A DNA stretch of 27,927 nt. It comes from Gemmatimonadota bacterium. Lineage in GTDB: Bacteria; Gemmatimonadota; Gemmatimonadetes; Gemmatimonadales; GWC2-71-9. Under the pieces are notes generated by a model. It made no database searches, was not told the DNA's origin, and saw nothing but the letters and a program-made list of their open reading frames with translations. The stretch's first letter is position 1; each line of letters starts with the position of its first letter. The stretch spans positions 1-27,927 of the forward strand of contig JBDHKN010000075.1 of assembly GCA_039586365.1 (NCBI GenBank), written 5' to 3'. Position numbers and translations under genes: made by a program. Of the stretch, positions 15,754 to 25,506 are shown one piece after another.

Positions 15754-18614
15754 GCTGGGCAGCTCCGTGCGATGAACTGTGTTGCTTGCTCTCGCAAGGA
15801 TGTGTACGCGGCGTCCGCGGCGGACCAAACCGCGAGTACGCGGCGCAGGTGCCTACAGGCCGAACGATCGTCGCCCCTGTCCTTTGCCGCCATGCCGCGT
15901 ACCCACCGAGCATACGAAGACAGAGCCCAATCGATCTCACCGGCCTGCGCGACTTGGTTGGGAGGGGGACCGGTCCATTCGAAATGCTCGTACCAAAGAC
16001 GCGCAGAGTCGGCCGCCGCGTGTTGTCCGAGGCTGTCGTACCACTCAGCCCGCCTCATGTGCAACACGGCTCGGGCGAACGGATCGCCGCCGCGGCCGGC
16101 GGAGTCGAACGGCAGGAGGGCCCGTGATGCGTCGACAGCGTATTCGTAGCGGCCTCGTGCTGCGAGATCGAGGGTCTGCAGCAGGTTGGCAAGACGTCTG
16201 GCGTCCGTGTCGGTCTCGGGTTGTCGCAATGTGTTGATTCTCTGGCTGGTCATTGCGGTATCGCCCAGACGGCTGGCATGTACGCCGAGCGCCCAGACCG
16301 CGCGCATCCCGACGGGCGAGTCGCCGACCAGTCGCTCCAGTTCGGTCACGCCTTGTGCCAGTTGGCCTGCGTCGATTCCAGGCAGTCCCAGCGCGTGTCC
16401 GATGACTCTCCACTCTGCCGCCTCAGCTCGTGCCTCGGGCGTAGCGAACAGAGCCGCGGCTGAGTCCAGCTGAGACAACGCGGCCCTGATCTGCCCCATG
16501 CCGATCAAGCCTAGTCCGCGGCCCTCGTGCAGGTGGGCCAATGTATCGCGCCCACTCGCCGGACTCGAGGTCAGGAACTCGTCTCCCAGCTCTGCCTGTG
16601 TCCTTGCCAGGTCGAACATCGCGCCGAGCCGGAAGAAGTCACGGAATGAGGCTGCCAGGTTTGAGTCCCTCAGCACCCATTGCCGCAGCGGCGCGACGCT
16701 GTCCGGGTAGAACCGTTCAGTGATGACGAATTGCATCAAGAGCGGTTGGTACAGGTCGCCGACTTCTTCGCGGCCGCCCCAGACTTCCCTGTAACGCTGC
16801 AGGCTCGCGACTGCATCGTCGTGCTGTCCCAGTCGGACATAAGAGAGGATTCTGTGAAACTGTGTCGGTCCGAACGTGGGATCCTTCTCGGCCGCAAGCT
16901 CCAACTGGTGGGTGGACTGTTCCAGTGGCACGCCCACGTAGGGTCCTCGGGCCTGCAGTTCTTCGGCGTAGAGAAACGCGGCATATGCGTTGTGGGGATA
17001 GCGTTCGATTGCCTCGCGATAGCGCTCGTATCTCTCCGCCTGTGTTGGAGCGATCTGTGCGGCCATCAGCAGCCGTTCCAGTTCGGGAAGCTTGACCTCC
17101 TGGGTTGCCAGTAAGCGTTGAAAGTCTATTCCCGACAGCTCACCAGTGCGCAACCAGCGGAAGGCGTTGGCGAACCACCACTGCGCCAGCTCGAATTCTG
17201 GATCCTCTTGTCGCGCAATCGTGAACTGGTCGGTTGCGGTAGCGAACTGACCGCGCTTGAATGTCCTGAGCCCGTCGAGGAACGCGTTTAGCGCCGCATC
17301 GCTTCTGGCTCTGAGGGCGGGAGAACCGCTGTACTCGGAGGCCCGGTTCTCGTCGATTTGGCTGGCGATAACGAAACCCAGGCGGTGTCCGATCCGGTCC
17401 AGCGCAATATCCGCTGCGAGGCGCTCTGTCACCGCAGGCCGGCGCCTCCCATCCCGATCGATCACGCTCATGGCCAGTTGCAGGTCGCTGCCAACCGTCG
17501 CTACTGTAGCGTAGGCTGCGTAGCGACTGCGAAGCGTCCGGATGTCGCCCCTGTCCAGCGAATCTGCGAATGGGCCGTGCTCCTGCCACCAGTTGGTTAC
17601 TGCGTCGTCGTCCGCGACCGTGGCGAAGCTCTCGATGTTGTACCTGGTTAGCAGGGTCAGGTTTGCGGCCATTCCCGAGTCGACGCCCGGAAGGGGCTCA
17701 AACGGCAAGATGGCCACATCGGTTAGTTCTTGGGGTTGCAGCAACCGAGCCACCAGGAACAGGGCTGCTGCGCCACCGGCAACGATGCCCCCCAAGGCCA
17801 ACATGAGTGTCTGGCGGCGGTACTTCCGGGTCCGGGTATGCCACAAGGCCCGGCGGAGGCTGGTTGCATCGGGCCAGCGTTCACTCACGTTGAACTTCAG
17901 GGCGCGGCGCAGAATAGGCACGATGGCTCCAGGCACGCTGCTCCAATCGGGTCGACTCTTTTGCATTTCAGGTGCCCAAGAGCGGCCCGTGTAGGCTTCG
18001 AACAACACCATTGCCGCAGAGTACAGATCACTGGCCGGAGTAACCGCAGCACCATAGGCCTGTTCCGGCGACATGTACCCCACCGTGCCCACCACGCGGC
18101 CGTCGGTCGTCGCAGACTGGATCGTTTCGTCGGAGGGTTTCGCGATTCCGAAGTCGGAAATCACAGCGCGGTCGTCGATCAAGAAGATGTTGCTGGGCTT
18201 GAGGTCGCGGTGAACGACTCCTCTCCCATGCACCGCTTCCAACGCGTCGAGCACGTCCCGGGCCAACTTGAGAGCCTCGTCACGCGGCAGCGGGCCCCGT
18301 TTCAATCGATCCTCGAGGGTCTCGCCCTCGATGTATTCCATAACGTAGTAGAAGAAGCCGTCAGCTTCGCCGGCCTTGTGGACGGATACGACATTGGGGT
18401 GCTGCATGCTCGCGAGGATGCGTGCCTCTCTCAAGAAGCGCTCGGCAGCCCGGGCGGTGGCGAGTTCCGGACGGATGATCTTGATGGCCACCGGCCGGTC
18501 GAGCGTCACCTCACGGGCCCGGAAGACGATCCCCATCCCTCCGCGGGCGAGCTCCCGCTCGACTTCGTAGTCGGGCGCCAGGGCGGCGCGCATTCGCTCT
18601 AGCAGAACAGCCAT
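15750..18614 (-). CDS. Hanks-type Ser/Thr protein kinase with TM helix and extracytoplasmic TolB-N-like/TPR region
   Basis: LARGGMGIVF, VAIKII, HRDLKPSN, DFGIAK, GTVGYMSPEQ, SDLYS; TM LMLALGGIVAGGAAALFLVA; VAILPFE; helical TPR-like repeats. Confidence 0.95.
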   Translation of the reverse strand: MAVLLERMRAALAPDYEVERELARGGMGIVFRAREVTLDRPVAIKIIRPELATARAAERFLREARILASMQHPNVVSVHKAGEADGFFYYVMEYIEGETLEDRLKRGPLPRDEALKLARDVLDALEAVHGRGVVHRDLKPSNIFLIDDRAVISDFGIAKPSDETIQSATTDGRVVGTVGYMSPEQAYGAAVTPASDLYSAAMVLFEAYTGRSWAPEMQKSRPDWSSVPGAIVPILRRALKFNVSERWPDATSLRRALWHTRTRKYRRQTLMLALGGIVAGGAAALFLVARLLQPQELTDVAILPFEPLPGVDSGMAANLTLLTRYNIESFATVADDDAVTNWWQEHGPFADSLDRGDIRTLRSRYAAYATVATVGSDLQLAMSVIDRDGRRRPAVTERLAADIALDRIGHRLGFVIASQIDENRASEYSGSPALRARSDAALNAFLDGLRTFKRGQFATATDQFTIARQEDPEFELAQWWFANAFRWLRTGELSGIDFQRLLATQEVKLPELERLLMAAQIAPTQAERYERYREAIERYPHNAYAAFLYAEELQARGPYVGVPLEQSTHQLELAAEKDPTFGPTQFHRILSYVRLGQHDDAVASLQRYREVWGGREEVGDLYQPLLMQFVITERFYPDSVAPLRQWVLRDSNLAASFRDFFRLGAMFDLARTQAELGDEFLTSSPASGRDTLAHLHEGRGLGLIGMGQIRAALSQLDSAAALFATPEARAEAAEWRVIGHALGLPGIDAGQLAQGVTELERLVGDSPVGMRAVWALGVHASRLGDTAMTSQRINTLRQPETDTDARRLANLLQTLDLAARGRYEYAVDASRALLPFDSAGRGGDPFARAVLHMRRAEWYDSLGQHAAADSARLWYEHFEWTGPPPNQVAQAGEIDWALSSYARWVRGMAAKDRGDDRSACRHLRRVLAVWSAADAAYTSLREQATQFIARSCPA

Positions 18615-18693
18615 CGGCTAATGTCGGAGGATGACCTGGCAAATTTGGGCCCTGACCTGTGGCGGTCAAGGTCGGGGGGGTTGGGTTGGGAAG

Positions 18694-20988
18694 CTAGCGT
18701 CCGTAGCTGGTGTTGCCGAGCATCCGATTGGCCCAGTCATTGGCCTGGGAGATGTGCGCGGCTACCGTTGAGTCGCTCACCACACCAGTCGAGTCGACAC
18801 CTTGGACGCTCATCGCCTCGGCGAACGACGCGTACACCACTGCGTACAGCGTTATGATGCTCTCCGACGGCGTGTCGATCCAACCGAACGGTCGCTGGCG
18901 GGCGGCGGATTCCGGATGGTACACGTCGAACAGCAGCGTTTGCGAGGTCGCCAGATCCATCCACCCCAGCGTCTGAACATAGACCATGCTGTCACTGGGT
19001 TGTACCGGTTGTGGCATTAGCTTGCCAACGAGTCCCTGACCGACCAGGTAGGGGGCCAACCCCATTCTCTCACCGTAGTTACCGGTGGTACGAGCAATGT
19101 AGATCGGACGCTCACCGAGATTGTCCTGAATCAACCTGAGTGTCACGATATCGGCCCGTTCCAGGTACTCAGGCAGCTCCGCGCGGATTTGGCCGGCCTG
19201 GAACACCTGGTTCTCGGGCACTCGGTAGTAGGGAGGCAATTCGTCCAACTCAGTGAAGCTCAGTGAGAGCGGTTGCTCGGTGGGAGGACTCCAGCTGCGC
19301 CCGCGGTAAAGGGGAATCGCGTTTGCCGTATCGAACGCAGCGACCTCGCGCCGCTTGATCTGTCGCGTGTGCCATCTGGTGTTGAGCAGCGAGAGGTTGG
19401 CGAGGGTGACGTCACGACGAACACCTTCGACCTCCTGCATATACCACAACGGAAAGGTGTCGTTATCCCCAACGGTTATTAGAATGCCGTACGGCTCAAC
19501 CGATTGCAGCATGTCCCATGCGACGTCTCTGGGCAGGGTCTCGTCTGAGCGCGAGGCGCTCAGCCAATTACCAGCCAGTGGTACTACGGCGAGGCTCAAC
19601 ACCGGGATCGTGGCTAGCCACCGTTTCCGTTCCTGGGCGGCCTGCTCCGACGAACTGCTGAATAGCTGGGCTATCGCCGCGAAGCCCAGTGCCACCCAGA
19701 CACCCCACAACTGGAACGAGGCGATGAAGAAGTAGTCGCGCTCTCTCACTTCACGCGGGAGGTTCTCCGCCAGCCTGATGGAAAACCCGTACTTGAAATC
19801 GAGGTAGAAGACGAGTGCCACGGTGACGGTCAGCATGAGCACCGCCATGGTGGCGGCATGCCGTCGGTCCCTGAGCCAATGCCAGCCCGCTCCGACCAGT
19901 CCCAAACCGCCGAACAAACCGGCCAAGCCATAGCGGACTGCCGATTCCCAGCTGCGGCCGAACTGCCAAGCGAAGTACTGCAGGTAGTTGACGTATTGCC
20001 AAGTGAGTTCCGCCTGGCGCGGTATCAAAGAGCTCTTCTGATATTGGAACCGAGTGAGCACCTGCCTCAGTGCTTCCCAATTGGTCGGCTCCCCCTCGTT
20101 GATAGGGGGGAACAGACCGGCCCGGATGGGGAGAAACAGGTTGAGGGAAAGGCCGAAGCTGACCGCTATGAGCGCGAACGCCGCAAACCGGTGCTGACCC
20201 GTGTTCACCGTAATGGCAAGGGGGACGGCCAGGACCGCCAACGTCAGTAGGTAGTAGATCCAGTGTTGGGCCCCTTTCTCCAACACCGTCGGTAGGAACA
20301 AGAATGCCAGCGCCATGGTGCAGAACACCAGACCTTTGGCCCACTCCGCTGTTGCGGCCTTCTCCTGGCGCAGTGTCAGGTAGCCGAGCACCATCATTCC
20401 AGGGGCTGCGAGCAATCCCATGGAGTGGTTGGTCGAGGTAAGAGCCAGCAGGTACAGTATCAGGATCAGTAGTTGATCCCGGCCGGGTCCCTGCTCGCGG
20501 TCGGCCCAGCGCAGTCCCAGCCACAGAAGGAGGGCTATTGAGAGCAGGCTCAGCGTGTACACTTTCTCGTTCACCACCGATTGGTTCCAGACGGTGAACG
20601 ACGTCGCCCCAACGAACACACCCGCGAATGCCACCAAGTAGCGCAGGTTGCGATGGACCGAGACCAGAGGCTGGAGGAATCGCTCTACGCAGAGGAAGAG
20701 GAACCCGGAGGCGCACGCACTCGTGACGGCGGCGAACAGGTTGATCCGCAGAGCGTAATGAGCCACCAGCGGAATCCTGCCCCACACGTTTGCCAGAATG
20801 ACGAACAGGGGGTTCCCGGGTGGGTGGGGGATACCCAACACCCTGGCAGCCGCCATGTACTCAGATGTGTCCCAGAACTGCGTCGTGGGAGCGATGGTGA
20901 GCACATAGAGGCCCAGGATGATCGCGGATACCAACCCAGCGACTCGATAGGGTGGTCGCTTGAGTGCCACCAATGATCCCTGTGTCAT
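18694..20988 (-). CDS. DUF2723 / TMEM260-like GT-C fold membrane protein (candidate protein O-mannosyltransferase)
   Basis: YVLTIAPTTQFWDTSEY, LGIPHPPGNPLF, TVWNQSVVNEKVY, REVRERDYFF, GDNDTFPLWYMQEVEGVRRDV..NLSLLNTRW; many TM helices. Confidence 0.9.
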   Translation of the reverse strand: MTQGSLVALKRPPYRVAGLVSAIILGLYVLTIAPTTQFWDTSEYMAAARVLGIPHPPGNPLFVILANVWGRIPLVAHYALRINLFAAVTSACASGFLFLCVERFLQPLVSVHRNLRYLVAFAGVFVGATSFTVWNQSVVNEKVYTLSLLSIALLLWLGLRWADREQGPGRDQLLILILYLLALTSTNHSMGLLAAPGMMVLGYLTLRQEKAATAEWAKGLVFCTMALAFLFLPTVLEKGAQHWIYYLLTLAVLAVPLAITVNTGQHRFAAFALIAVSFGLSLNLFLPIRAGLFPPINEGEPTNWEALRQVLTRFQYQKSSLIPRQAELTWQYVNYLQYFAWQFGRSWESAVRYGLAGLFGGLGLVGAGWHWLRDRRHAATMAVLMLTVTVALVFYLDFKYGFSIRLAENLPREVRERDYFFIASFQLWGVWVALGFAAIAQLFSSSSEQAAQERKRWLATIPVLSLAVVPLAGNWLSASRSDETLPRDVAWDMLQSVEPYGILITVGDNDTFPLWYMQEVEGVRRDVTLANLSLLNTRWHTRQIKRREVAAFDTANAIPLYRGRSWSPPTEQPLSLSFTELDELPPYYRVPENQVFQAGQIRAELPEYLERADIVTLRLIQDNLGERPIYIARTTGNYGERMGLAPYLVGQGLVGKLMPQPVQPSDSMVYVQTLGWMDLATSQTLLFDVYHPESAARQRPFGWIDTPSESIITLYAVVYASFAEAMSVQGVDSTGVVSDSTVAAHISQANDWANRMLGNTSYGR

Positions 20989-20996
20989 TCGATGGT

Positions 20997-22526
20997 CTAG
21001 TGCCGGAATTGCCTGAGTCCGGTGAAGACCATGGCTAAGCCATGCGCGTCTGCTGCAGCAACCACCTCTTCATCCCGGATCGATCCGCCGGGCTGAATGA
21101 TCGCGGTAATTCCCGCTGCGGCCGCTTGCTCGACCCCATCTGGGAACGGAAAGAATGCGTCCGAGGCGAGCACAGAACCAGCCGGGTCGTGCCCCTCCTC
21201 GCGAGCTTTGTGCACCGCAATGAATGACGAGTCCACTCGACTCATCTGCCCGGCACCTATCCCGATCGCCGCCTCCGACTTCGCCAATAGTATGGCATTT
21301 GACTTCACACTCGACACCGCTGCCCAGGCGAACCGGAGATCCCGCAGCTCATCGTGCGTCGGTTTCCGCTTCGTCATGGTCTTCCACTGGCTTTCGTCCC
21401 ACGAATACACGAAACGGTCCTGCACTAGGAATCCGCCGCGAACCCGCTTGTAATCGAAGGCACGACGATGGTCGGGAAGTGGCAGTTCGACCACCCTCAG
21501 GTTCTTCTTACGCCGGAACACCGTAACGGCTTCGTCGTGGAACCTCGGGGCCACGACCGCTTCCACAAACAGGTCTGCCATTGCTTCAGCCGTTTCCGGT
21601 CCCACAACGGTGTTGAATCCGACCACCGAGCCGTACGCCGACTTCGAATCGGTTGCCAGAGCCCGGCGGTAGGCCTCCTCGGTCGAAGTCCCGAGGGCGA
21701 TGCCGCACGGTGTGGTGTGCTTGATGATGGTGCAGGCCGGCCGATCGGGCCACGGCGCCACACTCAGACTCGCCGCCTCGATGTCCAGCAGGTTGTTGAA
21801 CGAGAGTTCCTTGCCGTGGATCTGACTCATCACATCGATACCACGGCCTTCCCGCGTCGAGTAAAGTGCTGCCTTCTGTTGGGGATTCTCTCCGTAGCGC
21901 AGTTCTTGTACCCGTTCCAGCACGAGGCTGGCAACCGGTGGGAAGATGTCGGCCTCCTGACTCAGGTAGGCTGCTATGGCAGCATCATAGCCGGCGGTAT
22001 GGCTGAACACTTTGCTCGCAAGCTGCCGCCTGAAGCCGTGGTCGATCTGGGACGTGGTAAGTGCGGTCACGACGCGATCGTAGTCCCGGGGATCAACGAC
22101 CGGCAGAACGAAAGTGTAGTTCTTAGCTGCTGAGCGCAACATCGCAGGGCCACCGATATCGATCTGTTCGATCGCTTCCTCCAGCTTGACATCGACCTTC
22201 CCCACTGTCTCGAGGAACGGATATAGATTGACGGCAACCATGTCGATAGGTGCAATCGAGTGGGCCTCGAGCGCGTCCATATGTGTCTTCATATCTCGGC
22301 GCGCAAGTAGGGCGGCATGTACGGCCGGATGGAGGGTCTTGACACGTCCGTCCATGATTTCCGGGAAGCCCGTCACTTCTTCGATGTGGGTGACTGCGAC
22401 ACCTCCTTGGTCCAAGGCTGCCGCCGTCCCTCCCGTAGATATGATCTCCCAGCCGAGTGCCTTAAGCCGCCGGGCAAACTCGACTATTCCTCGCTTATCA
22501 GATACCGAGACAAGTGCGCGGGGCAC
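20997..22526 (-). CDS. purH: Bifunctional AICAR transformylase / IMP cyclohydrolase
   Basis: [78 protein letters not shown]. Start is GTG 22526 after GAGGAGG, overlapping the purN TAG by 1 nt. Confidence 0.98.
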   Translation of the reverse strand: MPRALVSVSDKRGIVEFARRLKALGWEIISTGGTAAALDQGGVAVTHIEEVTGFPEIMDGRVKTLHPAVHAALLARRDMKTHMDALEAHSIAPIDMVAVNLYPFLETVGKVDVKLEEAIEQIDIGGPAMLRSAAKNYTFVLPVVDPRDYDRVVTALTTSQIDHGFRRQLASKVFSHTAGYDAAIAAYLSQEADIFPPVASLVLERVQELRYGENPQQKAALYSTREGRGIDVMSQIHGKELSFNNLLDIEAASLSVAPWPDRPACTIIKHTTPCGIALGTSTEEAYRRALATDSKSAYGSVVGFNTVVGPETAEAMADLFVEAVVAPRFHDEAVTVFRRKKNLRVVELPLPDHRRAFDYKRVRGGFLVQDRFVYSWDESQWKTMTKRKPTHDELRDLRFAWAAVSSVKSNAILLAKSEAAIGIGAGQMSRVDSSFIAVHKAREEGHDPAGSVLASDAFFPFPDGVEQAAAAGITAIIQPGGSIRDEEVVAAADAHGLAMVFTGLRQFRH

Positions 22527-23197
22527 TATTCCTCCTCGCTTTGTACCGCTGTTGTTGCGCTGTATAGGCTCTCTGCCACCGAGGCTGTTCCTCGACCGAC
22601 TAGAAAAGCATCGCATTTTGGCAGCAGCCGTGCAACGCCTCCCGACCTGGCGGCTGCCAACACCACCGCCGGCAGCAGTTGGTGTTCCACTGCCAGCACG
22701 CGCTGCTGCAGCGACTCCGGTGTATCGGTTGCCGCTACGGGGACGGGCCACTGAGCAACGATAGGACCACGATCGTATTCGGCGTTGACGAGGTGGACGG
22801 TTACACCGGTCACCGTGCTGCCTGCTGCAAGCACTGCCCGGTGTACCCGCATCCCGTACATGCCGCCGCCCCCGAAAGCGGGCAGCAGAGCCGGGTGGAT
22901 GTTGATCATCCTACCTTCGTATTGCCGTACGACATCTTCCGGGATCAGCTTCAGATACCCGGCCAACACCACCAGGTCAACTGCGTGCGCGCTGAGAACC
23001 GCGACTAGTGCTTGTCCATCTGCTGGATCGTCGATTACGTGCGTTGCAGCGCCGGCGTTACGAGCACGCTCGAGTGCGCCCGCATGCGCCTTGTTACTAG
23101 CCACCAACACCACCCGCGCCGGGGCTGAGCCGCGGCACGTATCGAGCAGTGCCTGCAAGTTGGTGCCACCCCCGGAGGCTAGCACGGCAATTCGCAT
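22526..23197 (-). CDS. purN: Phosphoribosylglycinamide formyltransferase
   Basis: IAVLASGGGTNLQALL, VVLAGYLK, INIHPALLPAFGG, TGVTVHLVNAEYDRGPI. Confidence 0.97.
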   Translation of the reverse strand: MRIAVLASGGGTNLQALLDTCRGSAPARVVLVASNKAHAGALERARNAGAATHVIDDPADGQALVAVLSAHAVDLVVLAGYLKLIPEDVVRQYEGRMINIHPALLPAFGGGGMYGMRVHRAVLAAGSTVTGVTVHLVNAEYDRGPIVAQWPVPVAATDTPESLQQRVLAVEHQLLPAVVLAAARSGGVARLLPKCDAFLVGRGTASVAESLYSATTAVQSEEE

Positions 23198-23243
23198 GAC
23201 TGAGACACCTGCAGGATCCGTCAGCGCTCGATCCTCCCCTCAG

Positions 23244-24077
23244 CTACGGAGTACACTGTGACCGTTCCACTATCGGCAGCGCACCGTTCAGCATTCGCAG
23301 CAGGTATTTCCCACGTCCAGCCTCATCGCCGGCAGTGATTACTATTCTTTGCGGGTGGTCTCCACCGGTGACCACGACCCTGGCATTGCACTTTCCGGCT
23401 CCGTCATCGTCCGCATCCACCGGTGTCCTGAACCCCCGGTAGAGAGTGAGCCGCGCATCGAAGTCGTCAGATATCAAATCCACCGTGACAGTTTGGTCAG
23501 ATGGTACCGCCAGGGCCCAGACATGAAAGAAATCCGATCCAATCTCCTGATCCGGCAGAGGCCCAAGCTCGCCCACAGCCGAGTCACCGGGGGATAGCGT
23601 GCCTTGCAGGTCGAAGAAACCCGCACAGCGTTCGGTGCTACTGGGTTCCCGCTCACCGTGCGCCAGTGACAGCTGGAACTCACCCACTTCACCGGGATGC
23701 TTCGATGTTGCGAGAATCTTGTAGCTCCCGCTCACGGGGATTCGAGTAGTGAGATGGGCGTTGCACTCGCCCCCACTGTCATCATCGCTCCAATCGACCC
23801 GGGAGATTTCTCCCACCGAATCCGTCAGCAGCAGGGCTGCGTCGAAGTCGAGTGACAGGAGCGAGATCGTGACCCACTCGCCTGTCTCTGCAGTGAAGAC
23901 AAACCCCTTGTAGAACGAACCGTCCGGAAGCGAGTCGTCGCTCGGCGTCAGGAAGGTGACCACTACCTCCCCGTGAGTGATCTGCTGAAAGGGCTTCTGA
24001 GATCGTTGTAGCGCCACCGCCTGTCCCATCACAACAGCAACTGTTCCGACTATGACCGTTGCGGCCTTCTCAATCAC
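23244..24077 (-). CDS. Secreted protein with two tandem PPC (pre-peptidase C-terminal)-like beta-sandwich domains
   Basis: Signal-like N-terminus. Repeat 1 VTISLLSLDFDAALLL...DDDSGGECNAHL...GEFQLSL; repeat 2 VTVDLISDDFDARLTL...DDDGAGKCNARV...GKYLLRM. GGAGG RBS. Confidence 0.8.
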   Translation of the reverse strand: MIEKAATVIVGTVAVVMGQAVALQRSQKPFQQITHGEVVVTFLTPSDDSLPDGSFYKGFVFTAETGEWVTISLLSLDFDAALLLTDSVGEISRVDWSDDDSGGECNAHLTTRIPVSGSYKILATSKHPGEVGEFQLSLAHGEREPSSTERCAGFFDLQGTLSPGDSAVGELGPLPDQEIGSDFFHVWALAVPSDQTVTVDLISDDFDARLTLYRGFRTPVDADDDGAGKCNARVVVTGGDHPQRIVITAGDEAGRGKYLLRMLNGALPIVERSQCTP

Positions 24078-24165
24078 TCAGTCCCTCCGCGGCAACTGCC
24101 CTGCTCGATTACATTGATGACTGCGCAATTTCACCCCATTGTCCGGCTCACACAATAGCGCACGG

Positions 24166-25506
24166 CTACACTCTGGTGGTGGCCGCAACCGCCGCTACAA
24201 CCGTGGCGATTTCCTCATCTCCAATGGTGCGGACGTCAAACAGGACGGCGCCCTCTCCAGCCCGGGCTATCACGGGCGGGCTGTGTCTCCGCAACTGATC
24301 AATTGAGGCCGCGGCTGATCTGGCTGGCAGGGTGACGAGTACGGTGGGCAGCCTGACTCCCGGAAACGTTCCACCCCCGACCGCCGAGTCTCCCGCTTTG
24401 GTGCTGGCTTGCGGCAGTGCGGTGGCCAAAGACTTGGCTCTCTCTTCGAGCAGTGCGCTGTCGGCTGTGAGCATCGCCAGCGTCGGTATCTCAGTAACCG
24501 CGAGCTCCGTGTCGCGGTACAATGACAGCGTCGCTTCCAGGGCTGCAATGGTGAATTTGTCGGGACGCAGGACTCGGGCAAGTGGATTCGCTGCCGCACG
24601 CTGTATGATGTCGCTGGGCCCGACTATGATACCCGCCTGAGGGCCACCCATGAGTTTGTCCCCTGAGAAGACCACCGTCGCTCCGGCTGCCACGCTCTCT
24701 TGGACCCGCGGTTCACCGACCAAACCCCATGGGGAGAGATCGATCAGCAGTCCGCTCCCAATGTCGTGCACCGCCGGAATACCGCGGGGGCGTCCCAACT
24801 CGACCAACTCGCCCAGCGGAGTGTCTTCCACGAACCCGGTTACTGCGAAATTGGACTGGTGCACCTTGAGGAAGAGTCTCGTGCGGGGGCTAATCGCCAG
24901 CTCGTAGTCTCTCCGCCGGGTTCGATTGGTTGTGCCCACTTCCACGAGGATGCTTCCGCTCTTGGCGAGTATGTCCGGAATCCGGAAGGCCCCACCAATC
25001 TCAACTAGCTCTCCCCGTGAGACTATGGTCTCGTTTCCGTGCGCGAGAGTGTTGAGCAGGAGGAAGACGGCCGCAGCTGCATTCGTCACCACGATCCCGT
25101 CGTCCGCGCCAGTGATCTCCCTGAGCAGCCGTGTGGTGTGGTCTTGTCGCGAGCCGCGCTCACCACGCTCTAAATCGAACTCCAACGTGCAGTAGCCGTA
25201 CGCTGAGGCGACGGCTTGACGGGCCGATTCTGCCAGTGGAGCGCGCCCCAAGTTGGTGTGCAGCACCACGCCGGTGGCATTGATGACGCCTACCAGGGAT
25301 GGCCGAGTTCGCTCTGCCAGCTCCTGCCGCACCGCTGCCAGCCAGCCACCGACCGGCTCACCCGTGCCGGTGTGTCGGGCCCGCCCCAGAGCGGCTCGGA
25401 TGCAGTCTACAACGACCTGCCGGGGTGCCTCACCGAGCAAACCGTGCCGTTCCGCTTCGGCTAGCAGTCTGTTCACAGCCGGCAAGGTGCTGCGTGGTTC
25501 GCTCAT
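24166..25506 (-). CDS. selA: L-seryl-tRNA(Sec) selenium transferase (selenocysteine synthase)
   Basis: VINATGVVLHTNLGRAPL, VSRGELVEIGGAFRIPD, EVGTTNRT, KVHQSNF, DIGSG, PLP-lysine motif FSGDKLMGGPQAG. Confidence 0.97.
   Translation of the reverse strand: MSEPRSTLPAVNRLLAEAERHGLLGEAPRQVVVDCIRAALGRARHTGTGEPVGGWLAAVRQELAERTRPSLVGVINATGVVLHTNLGRAPLAESARQAVASAYGYCTLEFDLERGERGSRQDHTTRLLREITGADDGIVVTNAAAAVFLLLNTLAHGNETIVSRGELVEIGGAFRIPDILAKSGSILVEVGTTNRTRRRDYELAISPRTRLFLKVHQSNFAVTGFVEDTPLGELVELGRPRGIPAVHDIGSGLLIDLSPWGLVGEPRVQESVAAGATVVFSGDKLMGGPQAGIIVGPSDIIQRAAANPLARVLRPDKFTIAALEATLSLYRDTELAVTEIPTLAMLTADSALLEERAKSLATALPQASTKAGDSAVGGGTFPGVRLPTVLVTLPARSAAASIDQLRRHSPPVIARAGEGAVLFDVRTIGDEEIATVVAAVAATTRV

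Noticed and set aside
17730..20785. Long alternative-frame ORFs (17730-18602 +, 19751-20785 -) and many similar track entries
   Set aside because: They overlap well-supported genes and are Arg/Pro/Gly-rich or antisense shadows typical of high GC.
22527..22751. 75-aa N-terminal extension of PurH in the ORF track
   Set aside because: Overlaps purN. The conserved PurH start at GTG 22526 has a strong GAGGAGG RBS. The SARP (15828), DinB (594), PPK2 (10790) and Zn-ribbon (11769) extensions were trimmed on similar grounds.
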